A DNA stretch of 55,654 nt, from assembly GCA_016188355.1 (NCBI GenBank), contig JACPHY010000009.1:1-55654 (forward strand), read 5' to 3'. Under the pieces are notes generated by a model. It was given only the letters and a program-made list of their open reading frames with translations, was not told the origin of the DNA and searched no databases. Both the position numbers and the translations under genes were made by a program. The first letter of the stretch is position 1. Each line of letters starts with the position of its first letter. The DNA is from Candidatus Uhrbacteria bacterium (GTDB taxonomy: Bacteria; Patescibacteriota; Patescibacteriia; JACPHY01). This document shows, piece by piece, positions 18,735-30,194 of the stretch.

Positions 18735-19816
18735 ACGGCAGCACCTCCCACGCGCAGATCATTGCAATAGAGGAGACGGATATCCGAAATGCCGTGCCGC
18801 ATCATGAGCACGCGCTCCACGCCCCATCCAAATGCGAAACCCGCATGCGTGCGCGGATCGATGCGACCCGCCTGCAGTACCTTCGGATGCACCATGCCAG
18901 CCCCTCCCAATTCCAGCCATCCCGACTTGCACAATCGACAGCGCGCACCCCCCTGCACCCCACTCCCTCCGCAAACGGCGCACGAGATATCAATCTCGAA
19001 ACTCGGTTCCGTAAATTGAAAATGGTAGGGACGCAATCGAATCGTACGATCTGGACCAAAGTAGGAACGAACGAAGTACTCGAGCGTTCCCTTGAGATGC
19101 GCCACGGTGACCTGGCGATCCACCAGCAACCCCTCAAATTGATGGAACACCGGCACATGGCTCACATCAATCTGGCGTCGGTAGCACTTGCCGATATTGA
19201 TCATGCGGATGGGAAGATAGCCCTTCTCCATCTCCCGTACCTGCCCATTCGAGGTATGCGGCGTCAGGACGATGCGCTCTCGCTGCTTGCCGTTCTGATC
19301 CCCATCAGCCGCGGAAGCGACAAAAAATGTCTCCCATTCATCACGAGCGGGATGACCCGGCGGCATGTGCAATGCCTCGAATGCGTAGTAATCAGAATCC
19401 ACCTCCGGATGCCGGGCCCGGAGAAATCCGATGCGGGCGAATATCGTCGCAATCTCCTGAATCGCCACGCTCACCGGATGCACCGCTCCGCGCGGGAACG
19501 GAGTCCCCGGAAGCGTGACATCCATCCATTCCGCCTCCTCCAATCCCGCCATCCGTTGCGCACGCAATGCGGTACGCCGCTCATCCAGTGCGCGCTCGAT
19601 GTCCTGCTTCACCTCGTTCGCGCGCTGTCCCGCTCTTTTTCGCTCCTCCGGAGCGAGCGCACCCAGCTGACGGAGGAGCGCGGTGAGCGCACCCTGCTTG
19701 CGACCGAGCACCGCGAGCTCCAGCACTTCCACACCCTCCAGATCATTCACCTCGACAATTTTTTGGAGCGTCTCCTCGTGTAGCTTTTGCAGTGCATGAT
19801 GCATATCGTTCCTCAT
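18731..19816 (-). CDS. pheS: phenylalanine--tRNA ligase alpha subunit
   Basis: Class II motifs (FHQFEGL, GWLELGGAGMVHP, GFAFGWGVERV); 361 aa. Confidence 0.95.
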   Translation of the reverse strand: MRNDMHHALQKLHEETLQKIVEVNDLEGVEVLELAVLGRKQGALTALLRQLGALAPEERKRAGQRANEVKQDIERALDERRTALRAQRMAGLEEAEWMDVTLPGTPFPRGAVHPVSVAIQEIATIFARIGFLRARHPEVDSDYYAFEALHMPPGHPARDEWETFFVASAADGDQNGKQRERIVLTPHTSNGQVREMEKGYLPIRMINIGKCYRRQIDVSHVPVFHQFEGLLVDRQVTVAHLKGTLEYFVRSYFGPDRTIRLRPYHFQFTEPSFEIDISCAVCGGSGVQGGARCRLCKSGWLELGGAGMVHPKVLQAGRIDPRTHAGFAFGWGVERVLMMRHGISDIRLLYCNDLRVGGAAV

Positions 19817-21414
19817 ATCCAGGGTGCCACCATTTTCCGTTCGAGGTCGCCACGGAAGCAGAACGCGTCATGCGCATCGCTTCCGGGTAATACGACCTCC
19901 AATCCTTGTGCTCCCACCGTGACTCCGGATCGATCCCGTGGACACCGCTCCGTCGGATTCCATTGTTCCAGCACCCGCGCACGAGCACGCGCGTCGCGCA
20001 TGGGGACATCCACCCGCCGCTCCATGAGCACACCGCCATGCGCATGATCAAAAATTGCGTACCAAAATCCCGTAACCGCGCCATCCATCGCCTGGACGTC
20101 GCGCGCCGCAACGGCAATGTACCGACGATCCGCAGACCGCTCCAGCGCAATACGGCCATCCCATGCCGCACTCCGGAGGATGTCTGCATGCGCCGTCCGT
20201 GCGACCAGGCGTGGATAAAAATCCGATGCGGCCACCGCCTCGATCCCGATCGAGGAGATCACGAACGCGGGAACGGTTGCCGATCCCGGAAGTACCGCGT
20301 AATACGAATGGAATGCGGGATCCGGTGTGATCGTCACCCACGCACCTCCGCGAAACGCGCGAATTGCCATCGGCATCCCCTGTGGGTCGCGCTGCTCCTC
20401 TGCGTCCACATACGTTGCTCGCGGCGGCAACTGCTCTTGGAGCATGCGCGCTCGCGATCCATCTCGATACTTTCCGTGCGCGATCGGAATCCATCGCCCA
20501 TCGCGCTCATAGGTGGTGGCGAGCACCACATTGTCCGGTCCTCCATCCTGATAGACCGCGAATACGCCATGATCCGATACGATAAATTCCTCGAAGTCGA
20601 TACGGGAACGATCACGCACCCCAAACGCATCGGGTCCGTACGCAATCCATTGATCACGCGATGCGTCGTACCGCGCCACTCCCCCCGCACTCTCCGCATG
20701 TGCACGCACCAATGCCCACACCTCCCCATTCCGTGCGTACATTTCCACATTCAGGAGGGCACCACGAATTCCCAACTCTGCGCGGTAGGCGCGCACCGTG
20801 CGCGATTGCACATCAATGCGCGCCGCGCCATTGTACGTCCCCACCCAAAGCGCATCCCCATCAACGGCAAAATGAAAATTCCGAAGATCCGGTATACCCG
20901 CACGGATTCCGTAACTGCCCAATATCCGTGGTGCAATCAAATCGATCTCCATCACCCCAACATCGAGACACCCCAAGTACAACACATCGCGCACGATCGC
21001 AATATCATGCACTTCGCACCCCGAAACCGCTCGCGGGTTCAATTGCGCAATGAGATGCACCCGCTGCGGAGCGCTGTCGTCCGCATACCAGAGCACCTGC
21101 GATCGCTCCATCCATGACGCGCGCTCCGTCAGAACCATGAATCCATCTCGATACGGAATGACGCGACGCAACCCAGAGCCAACCGAGGGCAGCTCATCCA
21201 GCTGGAGCGTTGCTACCGCACGCGTCGTTTTCCAGGAAAGGAACAGTGGCGGCGCTTCGGGAGCCGGTTCTGGCGCGGACGGCACCACCGCATCCCTCGT
21301 CAATGGCGGGAGCGGCCGCAATGACTCGTTCCTCCATACCCAGATCCCCGCAATAATCACCGCGATCAAAACCGCCACACCACCTTCAGCCATGTGGCGC
21401 GGATGATGCACCAT
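19813..21414 (-). CDS. membrane-anchored beta-propeller-like hypothetical protein
   Basis: N-terminal TM (VAVLIAVIIAGIWVW), then repeated D..LWVGT / V.A.. blades. ATGA overlap with the pheS start; 3 nt after the rseP stop. Confidence 0.6.
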   Translation of the reverse strand: MVHHPRHMAEGGVAVLIAVIIAGIWVWRNESLRPLPPLTRDAVVPSAPEPAPEAPPLFLSWKTTRAVATLQLDELPSVGSGLRRVIPYRDGFMVLTERASWMERSQVLWYADDSAPQRVHLIAQLNPRAVSGCEVHDIAIVRDVLYLGCLDVGVMEIDLIAPRILGSYGIRAGIPDLRNFHFAVDGDALWVGTYNGAARIDVQSRTVRAYRAELGIRGALLNVEMYARNGEVWALVRAHAESAGGVARYDASRDQWIAYGPDAFGVRDRSRIDFEEFIVSDHGVFAVYQDGGPDNVVLATTYERDGRWIPIAHGKYRDGSRARMLQEQLPPRATYVDAEEQRDPQGMPMAIRAFRGGAWVTITPDPAFHSYYAVLPGSATVPAFVISSIGIEAVAASDFYPRLVARTAHADILRSAAWDGRIALERSADRRYIAVAARDVQAMDGAVTGFWYAIFDHAHGGVLMERRVDVPMRDARARARVLEQWNPTERCPRDRSGVTVGAQGLEVVLPGSDAHDAFCFRGDLERKMVAPWI

Positions 21415-21417
21415 ACG

Positions 21418-22581
21418 TTAGAGACCCACCGCGGAACGAATCGCAGACCAAATGCCGCCACCAAACTGCGTGAGGTCCCGGTAGGTGACCAGCATAATGA
21501 GTGCGAGCAGCACCAGGAATCCGGTCGTATGAATCGCGCGCTCCACTGTCTGCCGGAGCGACTTCCGACGCACCGCTTCGAGGAGCAACAACGCGAGCCG
21601 TCCACCATCCAACGCCGGGAATGGCATCACGTTGAGGAGCGCAAGATTTGCGGAAAGCACCCCAGCGAACTGCAGGAGATGGGTGAATCCCATCTGGACC
21701 ACCTGCCCCGTGAGCACGGCGATGCCAACCGGACCGGTCACCTCTACGGTCACCGCACGCTCCTGCACTAACCCACGGAACAATCCAGCAAATGATCGGA
21801 AGATCTCCCCGAACACATATCCTGTCATGCGTACGCCCTCCACCACCGCACGGTGGACCGGATAACGCACAATGCCCGTTTCCGTCAGTTGCACCCCAAT
21901 ACCTACTTTCCCAATGCCGGGCAGCAACGCCGCTGCCACGGAAATGACTTTGGTCTCCGCTCCCCGCAGGATGCGAAGCTCCAGCGGAACCCCTTCGTGC
22001 GCACGGACATATTCCTGTAGTGCAGATGCGGTCGCTACCGGCTGCGCATCCACCGCAGTCACCACATCTCCGGCTTGCATACCCGCCGCCGCTGCGGGGC
22101 CGCCCGGAAGTATGCCCGCAATCACTACCCGATGATCACGCACCTGACTCCCTGGGGGAATGCCATCGAGCACCTGTGGCGCGCCGATGACAAAAACCAC
22201 CGTGAAGAGCACCACGCTCAATACCAAGTTCATGGCAACGCCTGCGACCAACACCAACGCACGGCGCGCGTACGATTTCGATCCGAAACTCTGCGGATCA
22301 TCCGTTTTCCCACCATCCTCACCCGCAATTCGCACAAAACCGCCCAACGGAACCGCGTTCAACGAGTAGATGGTTGATGTTCGTGTATCAACCTCCTTAT
22401 TTCCCGTCACCCACCGCCAACGCCCCCGGACCCGCTGCACACCCACGAGGCGCGGTGGGAATCCGAATCCGAATTCGTCCACCCGCATACCCGCACGACG
22501 CGCCGCAAAAAAATGACCCGCCTCGTGCACGAAGACGAGGACGCTCAATACCAAAACAAATGCCAACACAGAAATCAGCAT
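21418..22581 (-). CDS. rseP: site-2 (M50/RseP-type) zinc metalloprotease with PDZ domain
   Basis: ATG at 22581 gives MLISVLAFVLVLSVLVFVHEAGHF (HExxH). PDZ region present; C-terminal NLALLNVMPFPALDGG. Track start 22620 is GTG. Confidence 0.85.
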   Translation of the reverse strand: MLISVLAFVLVLSVLVFVHEAGHFFAARRAGMRVDEFGFGFPPRLVGVQRVRGRWRWVTGNKEVDTRTSTIYSLNAVPLGGFVRIAGEDGGKTDDPQSFGSKSYARRALVLVAGVAMNLVLSVVLFTVVFVIGAPQVLDGIPPGSQVRDHRVVIAGILPGGPAAAAGMQAGDVVTAVDAQPVATASALQEYVRAHEGVPLELRILRGAETKVISVAAALLPGIGKVGIGVQLTETGIVRYPVHRAVVEGVRMTGYVFGEIFRSFAGLFRGLVQERAVTVEVTGPVGIAVLTGQVVQMGFTHLLQFAGVLSANLALLNVMPFPALDGGRLALLLLEAVRRKSLRQTVERAIHTTGFLVLLALIMLVTYRDLTQFGGGIWSAIRSAVGL

Positions 22582-22646
22582 AGGTACTGCCAGCGTACCA
22601 CAACACTTCTCCCGTCGCACCCCGCACTACTCACCCCGGCGAACAC

Positions 22647-24035
22647 CTAGTGCCCTTCACCCGTCGGGGCGCCAACACTCTCGGTAATGAACGCGGTGAT
22701 TGCCGCGCACTGCTGTGCGACCACGTCCGCATGTGATCCCTCCACATTCAAACGGAGGAGCGGCTCAGTATTCGAGCTGCGCACGTTTGCGCGCCACTCC
22801 GGATACGTGAACGAACATCCATCCAAATCAGAAAACTCCGCATCGGCGTACCGTGCGCGGAGCGTCGCGAAACAGCGCTGCACCGCGGCAGCATCGGGCA
22901 ATCGAAAATTCACCTCACCCGATTCCTGCGCCACCCGAAATGGCTGGAGCACTTCGGAAAACGGCCGCCGCTCGCGTGCGAGCACCCGCAGCACCGCAAG
23001 CAAGACGAGGAGCGGCTCTTCCGCATAGCCGGTCGCACGGAAGAACGAGTGACCCGACGACTCTCCCGCAAACAGACCATGCTCCTGTCGTAGTCGATTC
23101 GAGATGAGCGCATGACCCACCGGACTCATCCCAAAAACTCCCCCCGCACGTTCGATTGCGGCGCGCGCATTGCGAATGTACCGCACATCCACCAGGACGC
23201 GCTCTCCGGGGTGATCCCGAAGGAGTTCGGTGGCCACAAGCGCCGTAATCAGGGATGGCGGGATCACCGTACCGTGCTCATCGAGAAGGAAGAAGCGATC
23301 CCCATCCCCGTCCGTCGCGATGCCGAGATCTGCCCCGGTGGCACGGACCCGCTCCTGCAGATCACGGAGCGTTTCCGCCTGGAGCGGGTCCGGGGGATGA
23401 TTCGGAAACGTGCCATCCAGCGCGAAATACAGACGATCGAGATCAATGCCGATCTCTCGCGCAATGGCATCGAGATAGAGCGCACCCATGCCATTGCCCG
23501 CATCCGCCACGATACGCAATGGCGGGAGCTGCGCCACGGGCAGGATGGCCAATGCATCGCGCGCTTCTGCGGTCACCACATCAGCCACCGTTCGTACGGA
23601 TCCTCGCACGGCGGTCGGCGCGCCGACGCCCGCGCACACCGCATCACGAATGGCTTCCATGCCGCTCCCCCGCCCCACCTTGAGCACGGCATCGGGCGCA
23701 CGACCCACCACCTTGAGGCCATTGTATTCTTTCGGATTATGCGATGCCGTTACCTGTACGCCCCCCGCACACTCCATCGTGCGCACCGCGAAATAAAATG
23801 TCGGCGTGCTCACGAGTCCCACATCGATCACCTCCGCGCCCGCGTCATTCATGCCGCGCATCAACGCGTCAGAAAGTGCCGGGCTGGATGCGCGCATGTC
23901 CCGTCCCACCACATACGCGCCGCCCGACGCCGCCACCACGCGACCCACACGATACGCCAACTCCAGCGTAATCTCTCCGGGAACCAGGCCACGGATATCG
24001 TATGCTTTGAAAATATGGGTCGGAATGTGCTCCAT
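22647..24035 (-). CDS. phosphomannomutase/phosphoglucomutase
   Basis: ATG at 24035 gives MEHIPTHIFKAYDIRG. TASHNPKEYNGLK phosphoserine loop; DGDGDR metal loop. Track start 24173 is TTG with a non-homologous extension. Confidence 0.85.
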   Translation of the reverse strand: MEHIPTHIFKAYDIRGLVPGEITLELAYRVGRVVAASGGAYVVGRDMRASSPALSDALMRGMNDAGAEVIDVGLVSTPTFYFAVRTMECAGGVQVTASHNPKEYNGLKVVGRAPDAVLKVGRGSGMEAIRDAVCAGVGAPTAVRGSVRTVADVVTAEARDALAILPVAQLPPLRIVADAGNGMGALYLDAIAREIGIDLDRLYFALDGTFPNHPPDPLQAETLRDLQERVRATGADLGIATDGDGDRFFLLDEHGTVIPPSLITALVATELLRDHPGERVLVDVRYIRNARAAIERAGGVFGMSPVGHALISNRLRQEHGLFAGESSGHSFFRATGYAEEPLLVLLAVLRVLARERRPFSEVLQPFRVAQESGEVNFRLPDAAAVQRCFATLRARYADAEFSDLDGCSFTYPEWRANVRSSNTEPLLRLNVEGSHADVVAQQCAAITAFITESVGAPTGEGH

Positions 24036-24187
24036 ACGAGTGCTGATATGCGATGATCGGATATGCCGCGGCGCGAACTGCTCCCGGCGTCCCACCAACT
24101 GGGAATCGATCGTATTCCATGGTATTCTCACCGTAGCGGGGCGATCATGTTCCGCCAATCCCTTAACGTGCAATTTCCTCTCGCACT

Positions 24188-24751
24188 ATGTCGATTTCAC
24201 TGATTCTGTTCATCATTCTCGTGGTACTCCTGTTCTGGTGCGTCTTCACCTACAACCGGTTCGTGAGTCTCCGGAATCGCACCGAAGAAGCATGGTCCGA
24301 TGTCGAGGTCCAAATGAAGCGCCGATACAATCTCATTCCCAACCTCGTCAATACCGTGAAGGCATACGCTACCCATGAGGCATCGACCTTCGAGAAGGTA
24401 ACCGCGGCACGCTCCGCAGCCATGCACGCCGGTTCCATAACCGCGCACGCGCAAGCAGAAAATCTCCTCTCGGATACCCTGAAGTCCCTCTTCGCAGTGG
24501 CCGAAGCATACCCCGATCTCAAGGCCAACACGAACTTCATGCAACTGCAGGATGAACTTCGAGATGCAGAGGACAAGATTCAAGCATCGTGGCGCTTCTA
24601 CAACACGAACGTCCGTGCATACAACACTGCGCTCCAGCAGTTTCCGGGTAACGTGATCGGCGGCATCTTCTCCTTCCGCCCCCGCGAATTCTTCGACATC
24701 GACGACGTCCGCGAAGCGCACATGAAGGAAGTGCCGGAAGTGAAATTCTAG
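24188..24751 (+). CDS. lemA: LemA family membrane protein
   Basis: N-terminal TM, then YNRFVSLRNRTEEAWSDVEVQMKRRYNLIPNLV, the hallmark LemA block. Confidence 0.85.
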   Translation: MSISLILFIILVVLLFWCVFTYNRFVSLRNRTEEAWSDVEVQMKRRYNLIPNLVNTVKAYATHEASTFEKVTAARSAAMHAGSITAHAQAENLLSDTLKSLFAVAEAYPDLKANTNFMQLQDELRDAEDKIQASWRFYNTNVRAYNTALQQFPGNVIGGIFSFRPREFFDIDDVREAHMKEVPEVKF

Positions 24752-24786
24752 ACCCGTCTCCGATCCGTGCGCTTCCGTGTAGTCAC

Positions 24787-25671
24787 ATGTACGAACAAAT
24801 CGCCGCCAACAAACGACGCACCGTAGTACTCATTGCCGCGATCCTTTTCCTCGCGGTCGGCTTGGGGTATGCGTTCGATGTGCTGCGCCATGCGGGAGGA
24901 AGCGGCGTCGCATTTGCCGGCATACTCGCAAGTACGATGGCCATCGGATCGTATTATTTTGGTGATCGCGTAGCACTTTGGTCCTCCGGAGCACGACCCA
25001 TCACCAAGCGTGACCATCCGCTCCTCTATCGCACGGTGGAGAACCTCACGATCGCGAGCGGGACGCCCATGCCCGCGCTCTACATCATTCCCGATCCTGC
25101 ACTGAACGCATTTGCCACGGGACGCGATCCGGAACATGCCTCCATTGCCGTCACGACCGGCGCACTCGATACGCTCGCGAACGAAGAGCTGGAGGGCGTA
25201 CTCGCGCACGAGCTTTCCCACATCAGAAATTACGACATCCGCATCATGACCGTGGTCGTGGTGCTCGTGGGCGCCATCGCGCTCCTCTCCGATGTGCTCC
25301 TCCGTTCGGGATCACTCCACCGGAGTCGCGAGGACCGCGAACATACGCCGCCCGTGCTTGCCATTGCCGGCATTGTGCTTGCCCTCCTCGCGCCGTTCGC
25401 GGCAGAACTCATCAAGCTCGCCATTTCCCGTCGTCGTGAATATCTCGCGGACGCTTCCGGCGCACTCCTCACCCGGTACCCCGAGGGACTCGCACGTGCG
25501 CTCGAAAAAATCGCACAACAGCAACAGCCTCTGCAACGCGCCACCAACGCCACCGCGCACCTCTTTATTGCGAATCCCTTCGGCGCGCAGCGACAACGGT
25601 TCATGCGTCTCTTTTCTACCCACCCACCCATCGCGGACCGCATTCGCATCCTTCGCGGGATGACCATGTGA
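24787..25671 (+). CDS. htpX: M48 zinc metalloprotease HtpX-like
   Basis: HELSHIRNYD (HExxH), EYLADASG, four TM segments. Adjacent to lemA, a common pairing. Confidence 0.85.
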   Translation: MYEQIAANKRRTVVLIAAILFLAVGLGYAFDVLRHAGGSGVAFAGILASTMAIGSYYFGDRVALWSSGARPITKRDHPLLYRTVENLTIASGTPMPALYIIPDPALNAFATGRDPEHASIAVTTGALDTLANEELEGVLAHELSHIRNYDIRIMTVVVVLVGAIALLSDVLLRSGSLHRSREDREHTPPVLAIAGIVLALLAPFAAELIKLAISRRREYLADASGALLTRYPEGLARALEKIAQQQQPLQRATNATAHLFIANPFGAQRQRFMRLFSTHPPIADRIRILRGMTM

Positions 25672-25690
25672 TGGCATCGGCTTTCCTTCT

Positions 25691-28276
25691 ATGTCTTCAC
25701 TCTTTGAGCGATTCACCGCCCACAGCACGCACATCCTGCAACGCGCGGAAGCCATCGCCACCCACGCAGGCGCGGCACATGTGGAACCCACGCACCTCCT
25801 CCTTGCCCTCGCACTCGAGCGTGGGAGTCTCGGTGCGGAAATTCTTGCAAAAGTCCGCGTCCAAACCGACGCACTGCGCGCCGCCTTGCACATCCCGGAT
25901 GCCGCGACCCGCGCACCCGTTGACGCGCCGACCACGCGACGCACCACGCGACGACGCGCCCCCGCGCATATTCCCCTCGACGAAAATACGCGCCGCTGTC
26001 TCGAAAAAGCAGCACTCGTTGCCGCCACGCATGGCCACCGATACATCGGCAGCGAACACGTACTCTCTGGACTGCTCGCCATCCATGATTCCGCCATCCT
26101 CCGCGTCCTCCAGGAGCTCCGCATCGAACCAGATACCATCGCGCCCCATCTCGCCAATGTCCTCACGAGCACCTCAAAATTCCCAGAATTCACGGCAGCC
26201 ACCACTCCCGCAGAATCCGCTGTATCCACCGAACAAACGCAGGCCGCCCCACCCAAAACACCCGCATTAGATTTCTTCGCGAAGGACCTCACCGCGCCCA
26301 CCGTGGCAACCGGCATTGATCCGGTCATTGGCCGTGAGGCGGAAATTGAGCGCGTGATTCAAATCCTCTGTCGACGGACCAAGAACAATCCCATCCTCGT
26401 TGGCGATCCGGGCGTAGGAAAAACCGCCATCGTGGAAGGCCTCGCACGCAAAATTCTCGAGCGGGACGTGCCGGATATCCTCGCCGGAAAACGGATTCTC
26501 GCACTCGATCTCGCACTCGTCGTCTCCGGGACCATTTACCGTGGAGAATTCGAATCGCGGCTGAAACAAATTCTCGATGAGGTCCGGCAAGACACCAACC
26601 TCATCCTCTTCATCGACGAAATCCATACCATCATGGGTGCCGGAGCAGCGTCCGGATCACTCGATGCCGCGAATATCCTCAAACCCGCGCTCGCCCGCGG
26701 GGAGATCCGCTGCATTGGAGCGACCACGTACGATGAATTCAAAAAACACGTCGAAAACGATCCAGCGCTGGAACGACGGTTTCAGCTCGTGCAGGTATCG
26801 GAACCATCCGCAGAATCCACCACCGCCATCCTCCGGGGACTCAAACCCTACTACGAGCAATTCCATCGGGTTGGCATTACGGAGGAAGCGATCGCCGCAG
26901 CGGTGCGATTCGCAGAACGATACCTCCCCGACCGAAAATTCCCCGATAAAGCTATCGATCTCATCGATGAAGCAGCTGCGCGATTGCGCGTCCTCACCAA
27001 GAACGATCCCCTCCTGCGCAAAGCAAACGCACTCACCGCGACGTTGGAGCAAATCGATCACCAGAAACGCGCCGCCGTTGCTGAGGAACGATATGCCGAT
27101 GCCGCACGGTTCCAAGAGGAGCACGCCACCGCACTGCGTGAGTTGACCGGCATTCACGCGAAGCTCCGTCACCGGAAAACCACTGCCACCGGCCATATCC
27201 GAGGTCCCGAGGTTGCCGCCGTGGTCGCGCAAATCCTCAAAATGCCCGTCGAGGATATCCTCCTCGAGGAGCACGAGCGCTTCCGCACGCTCGACGTTCA
27301 ACTCCGCGATCGCATCGTCGGCCAGGCACATGCAGTCACCGCTATTGCCCATGCACTCCAGCGCGCAAAGAGTGGCCTCGCCGCACCAAATCGACCGCTC
27401 GCCTCATTCCTCCTGCTAGGCCCCACCGGCGTCGGGAAAACGGAAACCGCAAAAGCACTCGCCCAACTCCTCTTCCAGCGCGAGGATGCACTCATCCGCT
27501 TGGACATGTCCGAGTTCTCGGAAGGGTTCACCGTGTCTAAATTGGTCGGCGCACCGGCCGGGTATGTCGGATATCGCGAAGGATCGAAGCTCACGGACAC
27601 CATCCGCAAAAAGCCCGCAAGCATCGTCCTCTTCGATGAAATCGAAAAGGCGCACCCGGACGTATGGAATCTCCTCCTCCAAATTCTTGAGGATGGTCGC
27701 CTCACGGATGCGACCGGACGAGAATCCCGATTCACGAACGCGGTGATCGTCCTGACCTCGAATGTCGGTTCGGATGCATTCACGCGGGCAAGCATTGGAT
27801 TTCATGCCGGCACCACTCCATCGGATGCCCTCGCGAGCCAATACACCGATATCCGTCAGGATGCCCTCCGCGAGCTGCGCAATCGCTTCCGCCCGGAATT
27901 GCTCAATCGCATCGATGAGACGATTGTGTACCTCCCCCTGCGCCGAGAAGATCTTGCCACGATTACCGAAAAACACCTCCACGTATTCGCGGAACGGCTC
28001 CAACGCGAACATCAGATGACCCTGGACACCCCACCCGAAACCATCGCCTGGATCGCGGAACGCGCCTTCGACCCGGCGCAAGGCGCCCGTGCCGTCCGAC
28101 GCCTGCTGCATACGCACGTAGAAAACCCCATTGCGAGCGGTATTCTGGAAGAACGATTCCATCGCGGCGACCACCTCGTGCTCGCACCCACACCCGATGG
28201 CCAAACACTGGATGTGCGGGTGCACGCCGCACCTAAATCCACCCGTCATCCGGCACGATCCACCGCACACGCATAA
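25691..28276 (+). CDS. clpC: ClpC-type AAA+ chaperone/unfoldase
   Basis: Duplicated Clp-N repeats. Two Walker A boxes ([15 protein letters not shown] and [15 protein letters not shown]). Short UVR-like linker ([12 protein letters not shown]). ASIGFHAG ClpP-docking-type loop. Confidence 0.85.
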   Translation: MSSLFERFTAHSTHILQRAEAIATHAGAAHVEPTHLLLALALERGSLGAEILAKVRVQTDALRAALHIPDAATRAPVDAPTTRRTTRRRAPAHIPLDENTRRCLEKAALVAATHGHRYIGSEHVLSGLLAIHDSAILRVLQELRIEPDTIAPHLANVLTSTSKFPEFTAATTPAESAVSTEQTQAAPPKTPALDFFAKDLTAPTVATGIDPVIGREAEIERVIQILCRRTKNNPILVGDPGVGKTAIVEGLARKILERDVPDILAGKRILALDLALVVSGTIYRGEFESRLKQILDEVRQDTNLILFIDEIHTIMGAGAASGSLDAANILKPALARGEIRCIGATTYDEFKKHVENDPALERRFQLVQVSEPSAESTTAILRGLKPYYEQFHRVGITEEAIAAAVRFAERYLPDRKFPDKAIDLIDEAAARLRVLTKNDPLLRKANALTATLEQIDHQKRAAVAEERYADAARFQEEHATALRELTGIHAKLRHRKTTATGHIRGPEVAAVVAQILKMPVEDILLEEHERFRTLDVQLRDRIVGQAHAVTAIAHALQRAKSGLAAPNRPLASFLLLGPTGVGKTETAKALAQLLFQREDALIRLDMSEFSEGFTVSKLVGAPAGYVGYREGSKLTDTIRKKPASIVLFDEIEKAHPDVWNLLLQILEDGRLTDATGRESRFTNAVIVLTSNVGSDAFTRASIGFHAGTTPSDALASQYTDIRQDALRELRNRFRPELLNRIDETIVYLPLRREDLATITEKHLHVFAERLQREHQMTLDTPPETIAWIAERAFDPAQGARAVRRLLHTHVENPIASGILEERFHRGDHLVLAPTPDGQTLDVRVHAAPKSTRHPARSTAHA

Positions 28277-28297
28277 CTCGATTTGCCCCGGCACCGT

Positions 28298-28867
28298 ATG
28301 CCTGTTGCCGCAGAAGACGCTCGAGATACGGGTGGTGAGACGGGAACATCATCCGCACCAAACGCAGTGCGCAATCTCGCCAACGCGGGAAAAGCGACGC
28401 TCCCGCGGGGCATCCGCGCTGGAGCACTCGCGCAGGCACAAAGTGCCCGCGCCGCCATCGGCATGGGTGGCGCAATCCTCTCTGCGCAAGCGCTCCGATT
28501 CAGCTGGATGAATCTCATCTCACTCTTTGGCTTGCCCCTCATCTACATCAACATCCATTTCCTGGGCCGCTACTTCACGCACGTGGAGTGGTTTGCACCG
28601 TTTGGATCAGAATGGACGGCAACCGCCACATCCCCGGGGCGCCCCAATTACGCGCTCGAGTACGGCGAAATCATCGCCATGCTCGTCCTGGATGCCTTCG
28701 TGGCTACCGTGCTCCTCATCCTGAGCGCGATTAGCTTCTTTCTCATCTGGGCAGTTTCCCATCCACTTGAATTCTGCGCAATGATCCCCACTCCTGTCGC
28801 GTTATCCATCGGATCCCTCCTCGGTCCCCTCGGTCCTGCCGCGAGCATCGTTTGTGCGGTCCAATAA
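28298..28867 (+). CDS. polytopic membrane hypothetical protein
   Basis: Track ORF starts at TTG 28283; the first ATG is 28298. The C-terminal half has 3-4 hydrophobic helices (LISLFGLPLIYINIHFL, IIAMLVLDAFVATVLLILSAISFFLIWAV). The start is uncertain. Confidence 0.45.
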   Translation: MPVAAEDARDTGGETGTSSAPNAVRNLANAGKATLPRGIRAGALAQAQSARAAIGMGGAILSAQALRFSWMNLISLFGLPLIYINIHFLGRYFTHVEWFAPFGSEWTATATSPGRPNYALEYGEIIAMLVLDAFVATVLLILSAISFFLIWAVSHPLEFCAMIPTPVALSIGSLLGPLGPAASIVCAVQ

Positions 28868-28937
28868 TGCAGTACCGCCCCACAACGCTACCCATTGCAC
28901 TCCACAGGCGGCCTCTTGAGGTACAATAGAAGGCAGT

Positions 28938-30185
28938 ATGGATCGAAAACGTTTCCTCGCCGCGCTTGGCATCGTCGCGTTCCTGCTCCTCGCGGGAGCC
29001 GGCCTCTATTTCGTCTTCTTCCGACGCGCGCCCACGCCGGAAGAGCCCACCGCTCCGCCTGCGAATCTGGTGCCCATCAATACGCCCGCACTCCCGCCCG
29101 GCGCATCGATTCGACCGCCCACCCCCGGAACTCTCCTCACGCCATCCGCACCGACCAACGCACCCACTCCCGCCCCATCCCCCACCACACCGCCTGTCAC
29201 GGCGCAGGGAGGGCGCACGCAAACTACCGCACTCAGTGATACGCCGACGCGTTTCGTGCGTCTCGCTACCGATGGCCGACCACAATACTACGATCCCTCC
29301 TCGCAGCAGTTCTATCGCATTGGCCCCGATGGCCGCCCCGTTCCGCTGAGCGACCGAAAGTTTCCTGCGGTGCGATCGGTGTCGTGGTCACCAAATGATG
29401 ACCGTGCCATTTTGGAATTCCCCGACGGCGCAAATGTCCTCTTTGACTTCCGCGCGAATACCCAGGTCACCCTCCCTACGCACTGGGAAGACTTCTCCTT
29501 TGCACCCACCGGCGATCGCATCGCCGGAAAGAGCGTGGGCCTGGATCGAGAAAACCGCTGGCTCTTCGAGGCGGGAGCGGATGGGAATAACTTCCGACCC
29601 ATTGAGCCCCTCGGACAGAATGCGCGCAAGGTGACCGTTGCGTGGTCGCCGAATAACAGCGTCGTCGCGTTCTCTCGGACGGGGAACGAGATTGGCGATG
29701 AGCGACAGCAGATCATCGTCGTGGGACGAAATGGGGAGAACTTCCCCGGACTCACCGTGGAGGGAAGTGATTTTCGACCGCGTTGGTCGCCCTCCGGCAA
29801 TCATATTCTCTACAGCGCGGTGCATCGATCCAACGATTTCAAACCAGAACTCTGGGTCGTGGGAGGATCGGGAGACGCCATCGGTTCCAATCGCGTCCGT
29901 TTGCATGTGAATACCTGGGCGGACAAATGCACCTTTGGTGATGAGACCACCCTCTACTGCGCCGTACCGAAAGAACTCCCCCGTGGCGCAGGACTCGAAC
30001 CGAGCGTCACCGCGGGTACGCCGGATACCATCGAACGCATCGATCTCACGACGGGCATCCAAACCACGGTCGGCCAACCGGCGGAGGATACCAATATCAC
30101 GCAGCTCTCCGTCGCACCGGACGGCAGTCGCCTCTTCTACACCTCGCGCATCGATGGACGATTGTACGAACTTCGGCTCCGGTAG
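28938..30185 (+). CDS. membrane-anchored TolB-like (PD40/WD40-like) beta-propeller protein
   Basis: TM (LGIVAFLLLAGAGLYFVFF), a Pro-rich linker, then repeated WSPNDDRAILEF / WSPNNSVVAFS / WSPSGNHILYS / VAPDGSRLFYTS blades. Confidence 0.7.
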   Translation: MDRKRFLAALGIVAFLLLAGAGLYFVFFRRAPTPEEPTAPPANLVPINTPALPPGASIRPPTPGTLLTPSAPTNAPTPAPSPTTPPVTAQGGRTQTTALSDTPTRFVRLATDGRPQYYDPSSQQFYRIGPDGRPVPLSDRKFPAVRSVSWSPNDDRAILEFPDGANVLFDFRANTQVTLPTHWEDFSFAPTGDRIAGKSVGLDRENRWLFEAGADGNNFRPIEPLGQNARKVTVAWSPNNSVVAFSRTGNEIGDERQQIIVVGRNGENFPGLTVEGSDFRPRWSPSGNHILYSAVHRSNDFKPELWVVGGSGDAIGSNRVRLHVNTWADKCTFGDETTLYCAVPKELPRGAGLEPSVTAGTPDTIERIDLTTGIQTTVGQPAEDTNITQLSVAPDGSRLFYTSRIDGRLYELRLR

Positions 30186-30194
30186 TGCTGCTCC

